A stretch of 64,000 nucleotides of DNA from Eledone cirrhosa (GCA_964016885.1 OZ024742.1:335482001-335546000); one strand, 5' to 3'; positions 14,656-28,415 are shown, counted from the stretch's first letter. Numbers and translations: made by a program. The notes: generated by a model not told the origin, from the letters alone.

Positions 14656-15118
14656 TAACCCGAACTCTAAACATAACACTAACTCTAACCCAAACCTTAA
14701 CGCTTGCCTTAATCCTAACCCTAACACTGAACTCTAACTCAAACCCTAACCCTGTTACTAACACTATCACTAACCCTAATTCTAATCGTAACACTAAACG
14801 TAACCCTAACGCTAGCCTTAACCCTAACCATAAATCTAACCCTAACACTAATCCTAACACTAATTCTAACCTTAACCTTAACCCTTACACAACCCTAACT
14901 CTAACTCTAAATCTAAAGATAACACTAACTTTAACCCTAACCCTAGCCTTACTCCTAAACGTAACTCTTACCCTACCCTAAATCCTAACCTTAAACCCTA
15001 ACTCTAACACTAACCCTAACCTTAAACCTAATCCTAACCATAACCTTATCACTAACCCTAACCCAAAACCTAAACCTTAACCTTAACCCTAACCTTACCC
15101 CTAAATCCTAACCCTAAG
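14656..15118 (+). repeat. Degenerate (TAACCC)n telomere-like hexamer array
   Basis: Visible taaccc/taacac/taactc hexamer periodicity. Confidence 0.85.
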
Positions 15119-15897
15119 GGCCAATGGCGTGAATTTGGATAACTATGTGGAATGGTAACTGCAAGTTAAGGACTTCAGGATGAAAACCATTCAATAGAAA
15201 GGAACTGAGAGAGATTTGGGCTGAACACACGCTTTCAAATGAATTATAGTCAGCCAATTGGCACAGTTATTAGGGATTCATATTAAATGTCTCTTCACTC
15301 ATATTTCAAATCTCGCTGATGTCAATTTTAAGCACTACTCCAGGTCGTTTGATGGCGGTATTGTCACAGAAGTCCTTATTTATTTGCAAAGTTTTGTTAT
15401 GTAGGTGTAAGTAGCAAAATAAGTCAAGGTTTTGTTTTTGCTGTTGGGTCAGACCTGACTCTGCAGACAGACATTATGAAAAGTCATTTGAGCTGTGACC
15501 ATCTCATATTTATTTTTGTTGCTATTTTTGTTGTTGTCGCTCTTGCAGTTGGAGTTGTTGTTGTTGTTTTTCACTTGTTTCGTTGTGGCTGTTGGTGCTG
15601 TCGTTGTTCATGTTGTTGTTGGTGATGTTACTAATGTTGTTGTTGAATGTTGTCTGTAATTGTTATTTTTTCTTTGATCACAATGGTGCCTGTTGTAGTT
15701 GTGTTATCCCTCCTCTCAACTTTTAAGTCACTATCCCGAGACGGCAGTTTTAAAGTTGGAGGTGGGTGGTGGGGGACTGTCTCATCCATTTTATCAAAAA
15801 GATACCGTAAAAATCAAATACAATTCCAAGAAAACAACAACTCAGATTTACAAACTCACGGAGCTTACAAAAAATACGTCTTCTCTTGTCGACGACC

Positions 15898-16093
15898 AAT
15901 AATAATTGTTTCTACTTTAGGCACAAGGCCAGCAATTACCCAGTGCATTACTGGTACTTTATTTTATCGACCCCGTAAGGATGAAAGCAAAGTCAACCTC
16001 GGCGGGATTTGAACTCAGATCGTAAAGGGACGTAATTATGCTGGAAAGCATGGCGTCCGACCCTCTACCGATACTGCCAATCCACCGCCCTTT
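15898..16093 (-). mobile_element. tRNA-derived SINE with Deu/Nin-like central domain
   Basis: Minus strand has an A box TGGCAGTATCGG, a B box GTTCAAATCC, ttgactttgctttcatcc..ggggtcgataaa and an (ATT)n tail. Confidence 0.85.
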
Positions 16094-16404
16094 AATAATA
16101 ATAACAATAATAATAATAATAATAATAATGATTTCATTTATTAGCCACAAGGGCCGACATGTAGGGGACAATACAAAGACAGGGACAGTGGGGTTTACAA
16201 TAAAGTCGAGTAAAAGTGCACAATGGCAAGACTAATTTAACAATGAAAATATAAAATATAAAATAAACTATGCAAAATATAACAAAATAAATTCCCCGAT
16301 AGGGGGTGGACGACCCTGGGGTGATTCGGGTACCCCACCAATACTGAACCACCCTGCGCTTCTAGGGCACCCAGGAGAGCACCCCTCTCCTCAAGTTAGC
16401 CAGC

Positions 16405-19400
16405 CTATAGGCGCATGGTCAGAGTAGGCCCATTCACACGAGCCATTCTTGCCACATTCACCCACCTTTTAGCAAATGTACTGGGGGGCAGCACTTCTCT
16501 CTCCACCCTCACCCTCCTTTCCAGGTGAAACTTGAAGAAGTTGATGAGGGATTGGCCGAAGTGAAAAGTGTCTGTCTTTAGTCCTTTCAACCTGGTCCAC
16601 CATATAATCTCTTTCGCAACTGCCACCAACAGAGGAAAATGTCCTGCTCTTCCTGACCTAAGGAAGTTGGCGGCTCGATCTTCACTATGGACTCGGCCGA
16701 TAACTGGATTCGTTCCACACGCGACAGTAGCTGTTCGACATAACTCCACAAGTCAGTAATGCACGGACATTGGACAAGTGCGTGCAGAACGGTTTCGTCG
16801 CTCTGTGCGCATCTTGGGCAGGTCCGTCTGACAGCACTTCCGTGCCTGTAGAGTTTATCCCGAACCGGCAGTGCCCCCCGGTAGCACTGCCAAGCGAGGG
16901 ATTTCTGGAAATTGTCCATCGTCCCCGGCTCAAAAGTCCTCCGGTACAGACTGGTCAGTTCGACTTCGTCGAGGCCCAAAGCTTCTCCGAGTGCGTCATC
17001 GCACTTGCCCACCACTAATCCTCTATAAAACTCGAGAGTGGAAGTTCCACTGATCGCATTGCTCGCTTGGTAGAGGGCAGTGAGTGCCTGGCAACATTCC
17101 AGGTGCCAGTCACCCAGTCGCGGTCTCTTCTTGACCCAGGACTGCAGCTCAGTCAAAGAAATGAGCTGCGGAAAGGCCCGTCTGATAAACGGCGACCACA
17201 CCTGTTCACCATTGAGGCAGAATATCTGGAGATGTCGCAGCCTCAACGCATGTCTGCGCATCATTAGCCACGGCATGCCCAGCCCTCCGTGTAGAGGGTG
17301 CTGGCAGCAGATGGACCGCCTCACCAACGGAACTTGTCCCCTCCACAAGAATTTGAAGAGGAGCCGTTCCAACTTGACGAGGCGCGGACGGGGGAAAGGC
17401 ACGACGGTTAGGCGGTAATAGATGACGGACGCGATGTACGCATTCGCCACCTCCGCGCGACCTTTCAGTGATAGCTTCCTCCCAGCCCATTTTGGGGTGA
17501 GACTGGCTACTCTGATCGTTACCTCGTCCCAATTATTTTCCACCTGGAGGTCTGGTCCGAACCAAACCCCGAGCAACTTTACTGGTCCGTCCGTCCAGCG
17601 CCCCACGACGCTGTTGGACGGCATGGGCTTGCCTCTCCAGGTTCCGAGCTGCAAGCCCACCGACTTTTCCGGGTTAAGTTTGGCTCCTGTCAACCTTTCA
17701 TATTCTTTCAATAAGGTGCGCACCACCTCGATTTCTGAGGTGTTCGACACCATCACGGTGATGTCGTCCGCATAAGCCGACACCGCCTTTCCACGTCCCG
17801 GTTCGAGCGGGATGCCCTGCAACAGCTCCAGCTTCCGCAGTAAAGGCTCGAGAGTCAATACGTACAGAAGGGAAGAGAGAGGGCACCCTTGACGGACCGA
17901 TCGGGAGAGCCGAAATGGTTCCGAGAGGTGGCCATTAACTTTGACCACCGAGCATGTGCCGCTGTGCATTGCAACGATCCAGCCTCTAAAGACAGGGCCG
18001 AAGCCAGCTGCTTTGAGGACAAACTCCAGATACCGATGGTCGACCCTATCGAATTCTTTCGATTGATCTAAATTGATCAGTGCCCCACCGAAGCCAGGTT
18101 TACACCCTACGCTCTCTATGATGTATCGCATGAGGTGGAGATTGTCGTGTATGGACCTGGCTGGGATTGCGCAAGTTTGCGCCTCCCCAACCAAATCCCC
18201 GACGACAAGCGCCAATCTCTTTGCTAACACCTTGGCCAAAATCTTAAACTCTGTGTTGAGCAGAGTTATGGGCCTGAAGTTGTCTAATGTATCCCTCTTG
18301 TTCTCGTCTTTCCTTATCAGCGTCACCACTCCCCTGCTGACAGAACTGGGAATACTCCCATTCTGCTGCCAGTTACAGTAGAGTGCTTCAAGGAGTTCGG
18401 AGAACAAGTCTGACATATTTACATAAAGCTCGTAGGGCAGGCCATCCAAGCCTGGTTACTTGCGCCTCATGCAGCCGACAAGGGCGTCCTGAATTTCGGC
18501 TGAAGTAATCGGCTTTTCGCAGCGCTCAGCGTCGACCGTCGAGATGCGCGGCAAGCCGTCAAGGTAGGGACTGAAATCCGCTACTCTCTCTGACCCGCCA
18601 CTCTCCCCGAACAACCGAGCAAAGTGCTGGCGAAAGGCCTCACACATCCGCTTGGAATCGCTTATCTCGTGTCCGTCTCGGTCCGCCAAAGACCGAATTG
18701 TGGTTTTATTACCACGCTGCGCCTCCGCCACGCGGGCCCATCGAACAGCTTTAGTTCCCTCGTTTCTCAGCGCACGCGCCTTAGCTCTGACAATGCAACC
18801 TTCGTGTTTGGCATTGAAGAAATGGTCTAATGCCATTCTCGCCGCTAGCACGTCAGTTGCGATGCCACTACAAATAGCCTCGTCTAACTTATCTACCAGC
18901 TCCCCCTCCTTTCTATTTTTCTCTAACGCTAGTTCTTTGCTGAACTCTATCGAAGTTACTCTAATCTCTCTTTTGAGAGCCCCCCACCATCTGTTGTTGA
19001 TGATCCCCCCTGTCAACTTTTGCTTAACTAACTTATTGACTCGGTCCCTGTAAGCCTTACGTGCCGGAAATGACATGTTCAGCTTCCAGTAACCCGGTCC
19101 TAACCTACGCGTTTTATTTAGGTCGACCGTACAGATCACAAATTTGTGATCTGAATAGGCGACCGTTTTAAAAAGTGGACAGCCCACACTATTTCTATCT
19201 ATTTTCCTAATGAAGATGCTGTCTATATACGATCTACATGACCCCATTCGGTTGGTCCATGTCCATACTGGCACATTGGGGAAATCTAGTCGATACCTGT
19301 CAGACAGTTGGAACTGGCTGAGTAGGTGCTTGAGGCTTTTGCACCCCCCGCTCCTATCGGCTACTCCCACACAATCCCAGCGTGCGTCTAAGATGCCATT

Positions 19401-19826
19401 CCAGTCCCCCGCTAACAGTAAAGGGCGAGACGTACCCAGAAAGGTCTCCAGGCGCCTAAAGAAGTCAGGTCGTCCGGCCCCTGTAGGGGCGTAGGCGGCC
19501 AGCAGTCTAAAGGCACCACCTTCGCTACTGCTCACATCCAAGACCACCAACTTACCGTCCGGGTCCCGGAAGATCGACCTTACCTCGAGATCCAGTCCTT
19601 TCCTAAACAGCACTGCCACCCCACCCCCCATTCCCGGCCTGCTAACAGATGCGAAGATCTGATAGTCGTCGAAAATGGGGGCTAGTGCACGCGTGTCGTA
19701 AATTCTGGTCTCGCTTACGGCAATCACATCCATTTCCAGCGACCGGAGGTCGTTGAAAAGGCGACCCTGCTTCCAGGGTGACCCCAGGCCGCGAACATTT
19801 AAACTTCCTACTCTTAATATGGCCAT
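16405..19826 (-). pseudogene. LINE ORF2: APE endonuclease + reverse transcriptase + CCHC; one in-frame stop (18456-18458) and one frameshift (~16630)
   Basis: SLNVRGL, SET, GDWN and SDH (APE); K*PGLDG, FRPITLLN, QGCPLS and AYADD (RT); CPRC..ETVLHALVQC. Confidence 0.92.
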
Positions 19827-19835
19827 ATTTGTAAG

Positions 19836-20205
19836 CTAAGAGAGAGAGAGGGAAGGTTTACTTACCTCCCGGGTCTTGTGAAGGTCGGGTGGTTCGACCT
19901 CCATGGTTGGTGGGGTTTCTTTTGGGAACCCCTTTAAAAGTCTTGATGTGGGTTTCACATTCGGGTTTCCCACGTCTTGAGGAAAGCTCTCTCGAATTTC
20001 TTTGAAAGAATTGAGTGACATTCGGACCAGAAGCAAATCTTCTGGCACGCAAAATGTGCTCATTTCAAAAATCTCCCCCTCTGTTTGAATGTCCTCGCTT
20101 CGCGCTAAGAGGGCCATCAGTTTATCGTTGGCCCTTCTGACAAGCACGAAGTTTTTAACATTTATTTGGTGTGGTTTTATTTGTTTTCGTTTTGGTGAAG
20201 GTGGT
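19836..20205 (-). pseudogene. C-terminal remnant of LINE ORF1
   Basis: Open frame ending about 10 nt upstream of the ORF2 ATG, on the same strand; no diagnostic motif. Confidence 0.55.
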
Positions 20206-20264
20206 AATGATTTCTTTATTAACCATAAGGGTTGACACAAAGTATAACATTAAGGACAACACAG

Positions 20265-20432
20265 GATAATAATAATTGTTTCTACTTTTGGCACAAGGCC
20301 AGCAATTATCCCAGTGCAAAGGTTTCTGCTTTAGGCACATGGCCAACAATTTTATTTTGAGGAGGGAGTCGAATAAATCGACCCCAGTGTGTTACTGATA
20401 TTTTATTTTATCGACCCTGTAAAGATGAAAGG
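20265..20432 (-). mobile_element. SINE fragments (same family as 15898-16093); another partial copy at ~20635-20730 (+)
   Basis: Contains ggcacaaggccagcaatt and ttttatcgaccc...gatgaaaggc motifs. Confidence 0.75.
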
Positions 20433-20484
<52 letters not shown>

Positions 20485-21127
20485 CACACACACACACACA
20501 CAACACACACACACACACACACACAACACATTCTCCCTTTCCAATATATATATCTATATAAACAACATTTATTTTAGTAGTCACACACAATGGAATTGAA
20601 ACCGCAATTACCTAGTTACTGTTGACTCTCTACTCTCAAAGTTCAAATCCTGCCACGGTCAACTTCGCCTTTCGAGGTCGATAAAAAAGTATCAGTGAAG
20701 TACAGGGGTCGATACTTTTACATTGCCATATCTTTCTCCCTTTCATTCTTTCACTCTCTACCCATTTCTGGAAGAAATATCCAGACCTGGAAAGGAGATG
20801 GGCTCCGCCAGGTGTTAAAATATTATAGAAACATTGTATGTAAATACGGTGTCCCAACAATTCCTGCGGGAGATACAGGATCAGGTATGAATGTGTGTAT
20901 TATGCCTGTTCCTCATGACACATAGGTAGTCAGCCGAACGACCAGGTTCAATTCACACTGAAAACTGGGACAATTCTACAATAGAAAGCTTAATATGCTT
21001 GTAGAAATTAATATTATCTGGTTTTATTGACCTTTAAGGTTGACCTAATGACCTTTAGGGAAGGAAGGTCAATATAAGCTAAATGAAACCAATTCATTTA
21101 TGTTTAGGTTGTTTTTTATTCTTTTCA

Positions 21128-24100
21128 TTATAATAATAATAATAAAAATAATGTAATTATTGTGTACAGTGCTCAGGTGCACTACAACTCATCAAACATA
21201 CATGCATAGTACATAGAACAATGTACAAATGTCATGAAAATTAACAGTGTATGAGTCATGATATACATGTGTGCGTGTGTATGGAGGAGGGATATCAGGT
21301 ATAGTGTTGGTGAATCTCAGAAAGCATGGAGGTTTTAAAGGATGCAGTGTCTCGCCAGCTAACAACTGATGCAGGTAGTTTGTTCCATGCTTCAGCAACT
21401 CTGAGCGTGAAAAAATGTTTCAGAACGTCATGGGAGCTGTGCTGTTTTCTGACTTTGTGGGCATGCCCACGTGTGTTAGACACATGGAAATCAAAAAGGT
21501 GCTCAGGGTTGTTGTTGGCAAGATGGTTAACAATTTTGTGGGTGTTTACCAAGTTAGTTGCCAGACGTCGGAGCTTCAATGTATCCATGCCCAGGGAAGC
21601 AAGGCATTCAGAGTATGGTAGATGCCTGATGAAGGGTATTCGCTTGGTTGCACGTCTCAGAATAGTTTCCAGGAGGCCAATGTTCTGAGCAAGATAGGGG
21701 TTCCAGATTCCAGATTTCCTCCCAAAATGCATGGTGGTACACTTGTCCACAGCCAGCTTCAGTTGCCAGTCCATGATCCATTGCTGCATTGTGTCCAGGC
21801 TTGATTACAGAAAAGATCTATAGTGTTCAGGATCTGTCCTTTGTATCTCAAGGTACAGCTTGATGTCATCTGCCTATTTCAGTACTGTGGCATTCTTTAA
21901 GTTGGCATCTATGTCATTAATATATGCCACAAACAAAAGGGGACCAAGAACAGATCCCTGTGGTACACCAGATTACGTCTCATACGGTCAGGAATGCTGT
22001 CCTAGAACCGTGACTACCTCTCTTCGACTGAGAATGAAGGACTTCAACCAGTTAAAAAGATCATCCTTCACACCCATTGCAGAGTTTTGCCATAAGTCTT
22101 TTGTGTGGCACAGAATTAAAAGCTTTAGCAAAGTCAAGGTAAACAACATCCACTCATGAGCCACCATCAGTGATCCGGGTGATGTCTTCAAGAAACTCGA
22201 TAAGTTGATCACAACAGCTGGAGTTATGGATAAATCCAAATCGTGAGCGCCGGATAGAGTCCAGCACTAGCTCAAGGAAATCATTTGCACTTTGCGGACA
22301 ACAAAATTTTCAGCAATTCCTTGGTTCAAATCAACACAAGGAATTGCTGAAAAATTTGAATGGACGTAGACCATTACACCACGACGACGACGATAAATGC
22401 CATCTTTATGAAACAAGCTGTAGCCAGCTATGCTGAAAACCCCATCACAGAGTAAGGAATGTGCCCGTGACTGTAATGAAGTCAGGGTCGATAATTTTGA
22501 CATAGGAATCAAAAAGATGTATCTTATTGCATAGAATACGTGCATTTAAGGACAACAATTTGCACCTTGATTTCAGTCTATGATGATATGCAGGTTGTTC
22601 TGATTTAGTTTCCCACAGTTTTTTCAGTTTTTTCATTGCCAGTTATTGTGGGTACAGTGTGTTCAGACTAGCTGGCATCTCTTTTCCATGTTTCACCAGC
22701 CTTAATAAACTTCTATATCTGCCCATCATCATGTAGGCTGAAGTTTTCATGTTGTGCTGAGTTGCAGTTTAAGGAAGCTGCAGCACGCAGCTTTGGACGT
22801 ACATCAGGTGGAAGACCAGGGCGTGTTCGGAAGGCAATCCGATTTTCACGCCTAGCTTTATCAGAGGCTAAAAAATATGAACGTGCCTGAGTAGAGTTCG
22901 AAAAAGAGAGCCTAATTAGCCTGGGTTTCGGGGGAGCACAGCCTACGTCTTTGGATGAGCTGGTAGCAAATGTCTGAAAATCAACTATGTCTTCTGGTAC
23001 ACCAATGGCAATCACTTTGTGGTTTACAGGTTCAGTGGCATTCTCAATGCGTCTAGATTCGACAAGAGCTATGGGGAGATATTTTAACAAGGCACTCTGG
23101 TAAGATCCCTCATTGTGAGGTTCTACACGAACGCTTGATTTGATTCTTGCTATTTGTCGGTTTAAAGCTGAAATCATTTGCCGTATTTCCGCAAACTCTG
23201 TATTGATGGTCGATTTTTGTTGTTGTTGTTCTTCTTCAACAGGAATGGTAGGGGAAGACAGAGTCATCGGTTGTTGTTGAGAAGTAACCGGGAGGGGAGC
23301 ACGTGGGTTGTTGTTTTTGATTATGTCCTTCAACAGGAGTAGTAGCAGAAGCTATGGTCGTCGGTTCAGGAACAATGGTAGAGGAATACACGATCGTCGG
23401 TTTTTGTTGTTGTTGTTGTTCAACAGCAATGGTAGAGCCAGACACACAGGCCAGGCACTGAAAGGACCAATTTGGTAGCTGCACCATTTCCCAGAGTCCA
23501 TCCATCATAGAAATATGGTGTCTCTTTTTCCGACCTGGGATTTTTCGAAAGTTTGTGGCACACTGAAGGCAAACAGAAACGCGACATTTACCACATTCAA
23601 CCCATCGATTTCGGAAGGGGCGTTCTCTAGTTCTGTACATAGATGACAGACGTGATTTTCTGGGCAATGTTCTATTTTGGAACATCGCCCAGTTTTATCA
23701 CACACTTCATCCATGTATGTCACAATAGCAATTTTGTTCTGTCTGTTCAGGAGAACAAAATGTAAACAAATAGATATGCTGCGTAAGTTTAGCACATTTG
23801 TTAACGAGATAAATAAAATGTTTGTTTGTTTTGTTTTTGTATTTTCGTTTCCGTTTTCCTATGTAGTGTGTGTATGCAAAACTATCTGCACACGAATATA
23901 TAATTAAAATGTGTAAGTGGGTTAGAAGCGAAGTCAATGTTCAGAATGGTTTTATAATGTAGGTAAAATTGGCCGGTATAGTCTCTCACACGAAATAGTG
24001 TGGTTTCTTTTCACTTTGTGTGTATGGTATATATCTATATATAAATCTGTGTGTATATTGTTGTTTATAGAGTTTGGGAAGTACTTACTGTGATCCCTAA

Positions 24101-24345
24101 GAAATGTTGTGATTTATTTTTTTTATTCATGTCGACACGTGGTTTGTTGGCGAAAGTCAGATATACTTCGTTAAAGTAATGTTATGTTGAAACTGGTATT
24201 AATAGTCAGGGAACAGTGAAAGTATTTGTAATAATCAATATTGTAATCCATTTGACATGTGTTAAAAGGGCAGTTTTCGGTGATAATGTTATATTTAGTT
24301 TGGAGAGCCGTGGTCATACGTCCTTCCTCGTCACCATCTTTCGAA
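21128..24345 (-). mobile_element. CR1-clade LINE, internally deleted
   Basis: ORF1 with PHD finger, APE start LLSLNARILCNK, RT GVPQGSVLGPLLF and ADDIKLY, C-terminal HFFTLRVAEAWNKLP, and an (ATT)n tail. The 5' boundary is tentative (aagatggtg..ggacgt). Confidence 0.85.
22713..23685 (-). pseudogene. CR1 ORF1 (PHD finger + coiled coil), frameshifted
   Basis: WVECGKC...CLQC...FQCLAC, followed by a Q/P/T-rich linker and an EIRQMISALNRQIARIK coiled coil in a second frame. Confidence 0.7.
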
Positions 24346-24980
24346 CCACGATTGATTTGTTTTTTTTGTTATTTTACAAATGTTCTGTGTGAATATGTGT
24401 CTTTCTTTTTCTTCTTCATTTAGTAACTGGCGTTAATTGATTGATCTGGTAGAATACGTAGTAAAATCTTAGCTCCCCACCTACGGGTGCACACACACAC
24501 AAATACCAGCACACATATATAAACATAAATACTCACACATACACACATACGTACACATACGTACACATCCGCACACACATACACACATATATACTCACAC
24601 ATACATTCATACGCAGATACGTACACAGCCGCACATACACACATACACGCACATACACACATACACGTACATACACACACAGAGCCGCGCACATACACAC
24701 ACACAAAGGGATATATACTTGTAAAGAGATGTGTTAATGTGTATGTATACAAATAGTGGGTGATTATGTAACTGTATGGTTAAAAAGTTTACTTTGAAAC
24801 TAGATGGCTGCGAGTTTGATCCCAAGGCGAATCGCGTTAGGCAAATTGTTTTCTACCATAGCTTCGAGTTAACCTAAAGGCCTAAAATCTTCTGAAAAAG
24901 ACGGAATTGGTGGTTTACTTGTCTAACTCTTCTGTTGTATCAGAAACCAAGTTTAAAATAGTTAATCATTTCCTGGTTAT

Positions 24981-25172
24981 ATAATGATTTCTACTATAGG
25001 CACAAGGCCAGCAATTTTGGGGGAGGGGAAAGTCGATTAAATCGATCCCAGTGTAAGGATGAAAGGCAAAGCTAACCTCAGCGGGATTTGAACCCAGATC
25101 ATAAAGGGGCGTAACTCTATGCTGCAAAGCATGGTGTCCGACGCTCTACCGATACTGCCAATCTACCACCCT
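24981..25172 (-). mobile_element. tRNA-derived SINE (Deu/Nin-like)
   Basis: Homologous to 15898-16093; flanked by the direct repeat ttcctggttatataat (target-site duplication). Confidence 0.85.
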
Positions 25173-25489
25173 CTTCCTGGTTATATAATAACGTACAAAA
25201 CAATCATAATTATGACATTATACCCTACCCCACTCATTCTGCGTAATAAATAAGTGAAGGTGCCATTGAAATTTAATATATTATCAGACCTACCTTATCA
25301 ACTGGTCTTATCCCACCTAGGTCAATTTTGCATTTCATCCTTCACCCACTTACTCTGATCGATCGACAAGATCCCAGACCTCATTCCCTTGCCTATTGGG
25401 GTGGGCCTCGTCAAATCGGACCAAGGAAACAATGTTTCCATTGGTCTTTCCATTGCTGATACTATCTACCAGTCGCAACTCGTGGCAGA

Positions 25490-25607
25490 AGGAGCAACGT
25501 GAAAGGAAGTGTCTTGCTCAAGGACACAATGCGTCACCTAGTCCGAGAATTGAACTAGCAACCTCGCGGTTGCGAATCCAACTCTCTAACCACTAAGCCA
25601 TGCACCT
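25490..25607 (-). mobile_element. CORE-like tRNA-derived SINE head
   Basis: Minus strand TGGCTTAGTGG A box, GTTCAATTC B box and tgtgtccttgagcaagacactt CORE-like motif. Confidence 0.65.
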
Positions 25608-26218
25608 TCATCTTTCTGGGGGGTCGATAAAATTAAGTACCAGTTAAGTACTCAGGTTCATATAATCGACTTTCTCCTTCCACAAAATTGGAGGCTTTTT
25701 ATGCCAATATTAGAAAAGATACTAAATATTTCAGGTGAAGTATATTTAACATAGATAGGAAGAATGGTTCAAGGGAAATAACTCAAACGTGAATAAACTG
25801 TATCCAGCAAATTAATGTTATCGTCGGATTTCCCCAATTATAAAAACCTACTCCAAAACTAAGCCTTAGTGCGGTTTTTATGTTGCTGTCCAATGTAAGC
25901 CCTACACAGAAAATAATTCCCTAGTGCATTTTTGTAAGAAACGTTAATATAAAAAATAATGTAAAATGCAGTGTTCAGGGTTTGAATCTAAGGAGTCACG
26001 ATAACATCCCAGAAGATGATCACATGACAGTATTTGAATAAATAAATCCGTTTTTTTATTTTTGACATCAGTCTAACAGTATAATTTTATGAAAACTCTT
26101 GTGCTTTTATGTTTTTGTATAAAAATATAAAGCCTAACCCGAAAATAAGTCCTAGTGCCTTTTTTTTAAAGGAAAAAATAGTATAAGATCTGTCTTATAA
26201 TAAGGGAAGCACGGTATT

Positions 26219-26437
26219 AAGGCGTTGAATTGGTAGAATCGCTAGAGGGTTAGATAAATGCTTAGCAATATTTGTTTCCACTCTTTACTGTCTAAATTCA
26301 AATTCTGTCGAGATCAACTTTGCTTTTTGTCCTTGTGAGGTCAATAATATAAAGAACCAGTCAAGCACTGAGGTCGATATAATCGATGTTCCCCTCCTCA
26401 GATTGCTGGCTGTGTGCCTAAATTTGAAACAATTATT
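26219..26437 (+). mobile_element. Diverged tRNA-derived SINE (Deu/Nin-like)
   Basis: Degenerate A/B boxes, central domain and tgtgcctaaatttgaaacaattatt tail. Confidence 0.7.
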
Positions 26438-26769
26438 GAACATTTCCAGCGAACAAGTGACTTTTTCGAAGTTAATACATGAAGGATGGTTAATTATAGA
26501 TAACTATAACTGTGTATCAAATATTAATCATTTAAACATCTCCATTTTTCTAATGAAACATCAAATAGTGCTAAACTTATGTAATGGTATAACTGTCAAC
26601 AACATTCAAATCTATAGAAATTTACTTGTATGTAAGTAATATAGGGACCCGTAACTCCTGAGGGGGTCGTAAGGACGCTGTATTGATATACGGCGTTTCT
26701 AGGTTATTTTAAAATCTGGCAGAGCCCATCTCCTCGCCAGGTCTGAATACAACAGATTTTTTCCAGAGA

Positions 26770-26842
<73 letters not shown>

Positions 26843-27043
26843 GAAGAAAGAAAGAGACACAGAGAAATGACCGACCCCAGTACTAGATTGGTATTTATTT
26901 TTATCGATTGCAGTAGCTGGGTGTGAAGGACTGGTGTCATGTACATGGGGTGTCTTGTATTCTCAGTCACTTAACGCCATGGAAACCGAGATAAGCACCG
27001 GCCTGATGAGCCTCTGGACTCAAGACAGACTTTAAATATTTCC

Positions 27044-27690
27044 AGTTATACAGATGGGGCACATTTAAACAAGGGAGTAGGTTGGGAAGGCACTTAGTCT
27101 GTCGAAAATAATAATAGAGATAAGAAATTCAGATTGCCCAAGATGTTTACAATATTTGCTGCAGGTTGGTGGGGAATGATATGATCCTAAGAAATGACAT
27201 GGGGAGAAGGTTTTTTTATTTACTAATAGTTTATGGGACCTAGAAGTACTTCAATTAAGAAAAAGAAATCATGTTAGACATATTGAAACTTTTCTGCCTA
27301 GAATAGATAATTATCTTCCAGAAAATGGTAATAATAAATAAACACCAATTATTTGGATACCAGGTCATACATATATTAGCGGAAATAGGAAAACAGATGA
27401 ATTGGCAAAGGAAGGAACACAAAGGGAAATAATAAATAAAGATTATATCCCAAATCTATCGGAATTCAAGTCATTTAACAACAATGTAATTATATAAAGC
27501 TCTCAAATCTCAATCCTCCATTACCTCAGTCAGACCTGTCAATATTTAAAATATAGCAGACAGTGAACAATGTTAATAAACAAAGATTATGTTAGATTCG
27601 AACGGGTTGAACTATATTTTTTCCTGAATGGAATCGCTTCATATGGAATCGCTTGTGTCCTTGTGGAGATTGACAAGAAATATTGTGTCC
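27044..27690 (+). pseudogene. Degenerate RNase H / C-terminal region of an RNase H-bearing LINE (I-group-like)
   Basis: YTDG...GVG...FRLP..FTIFAA and WIPGHTYISGNRKTDELAKEG motifs, with stops and frameshifts. Confidence 0.65.
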
Positions 27691-27732
27691 ATGTGAAATT
27701 TTTGGCATTATTTATTCTAATTTAGAAAATAC

Positions 27733-27808
<76 letters not shown>

Positions 27809-28415
27809 GAGTGAGAGAGAGAGAGAGGGGGGGGCATCTTGAAGTTGGTCTTTAAAAACTTCTAACTTTGGAGGTGAAACATATTGTCAAAAATCTACCA
27901 ACTATATACAAATCTTTCAGTACATGTAGGCCACGAAGAGATTCAGCTTCAGAAGCTTTCAGCTATTCTATAGTTGCCATTGTTTTTTTACCTTTTTTAT
28001 TTTGCTTCCTATTGTCATTCACTCTCTGTCTCCCTCTTCTTAACTGGAAGAGATACTAGATAGCTCTCATAGTTTGTCTTGTCTTGCTGGGTTTATACGG
28101 ACGTTTAAATTGATTAAACATTTAAATAAATATTAATTTTTACACGTCATTATGTGCATTTCGTTCTTGTATTCAACACAGAAAAAAACATCATTTAAAG
28201 GGAGGTAACCACACTTATATATTATGTAATATGAGGTTATTTTATAATTGTTTCTACTTTTGGCACAAGGCCAGCAATTACTCCAGTGTATTACTGGTAC
28301 TTTATTTTATCGACCCCGTAAGGATGAAAGCAAAGTTTTATTTCATAATGAAAGTGTTGAAGCAATATGAGAATTTTTTTTTTTCGGTAGAAACAATAGT
28401 TTATAACATTGGCTA

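Larger units (their letters stand above)
16100..20205 (-). mobile_element. 5'-truncated L1/Tx1-type LINE (ORF1 C-terminus, ORF2, 3' UTR, (ATT)n tail)
   Basis: Contiguous ORF1 remnant, ORF2 with APE, RT and Zn-knuckle motifs, and tail. Confidence 0.9.

Noticed and set aside
15898-16093. tRNA gene
   Set aside because: It has A/B boxes only, no cloverleaf, and occurs in many copies with a SINE body and tail.
26975-27030. GGAAAC...CTGATGAG as a type II hammerhead
   Set aside because: The stems do not pair, and the segment resembles a common SINE/LINE 3' tail.
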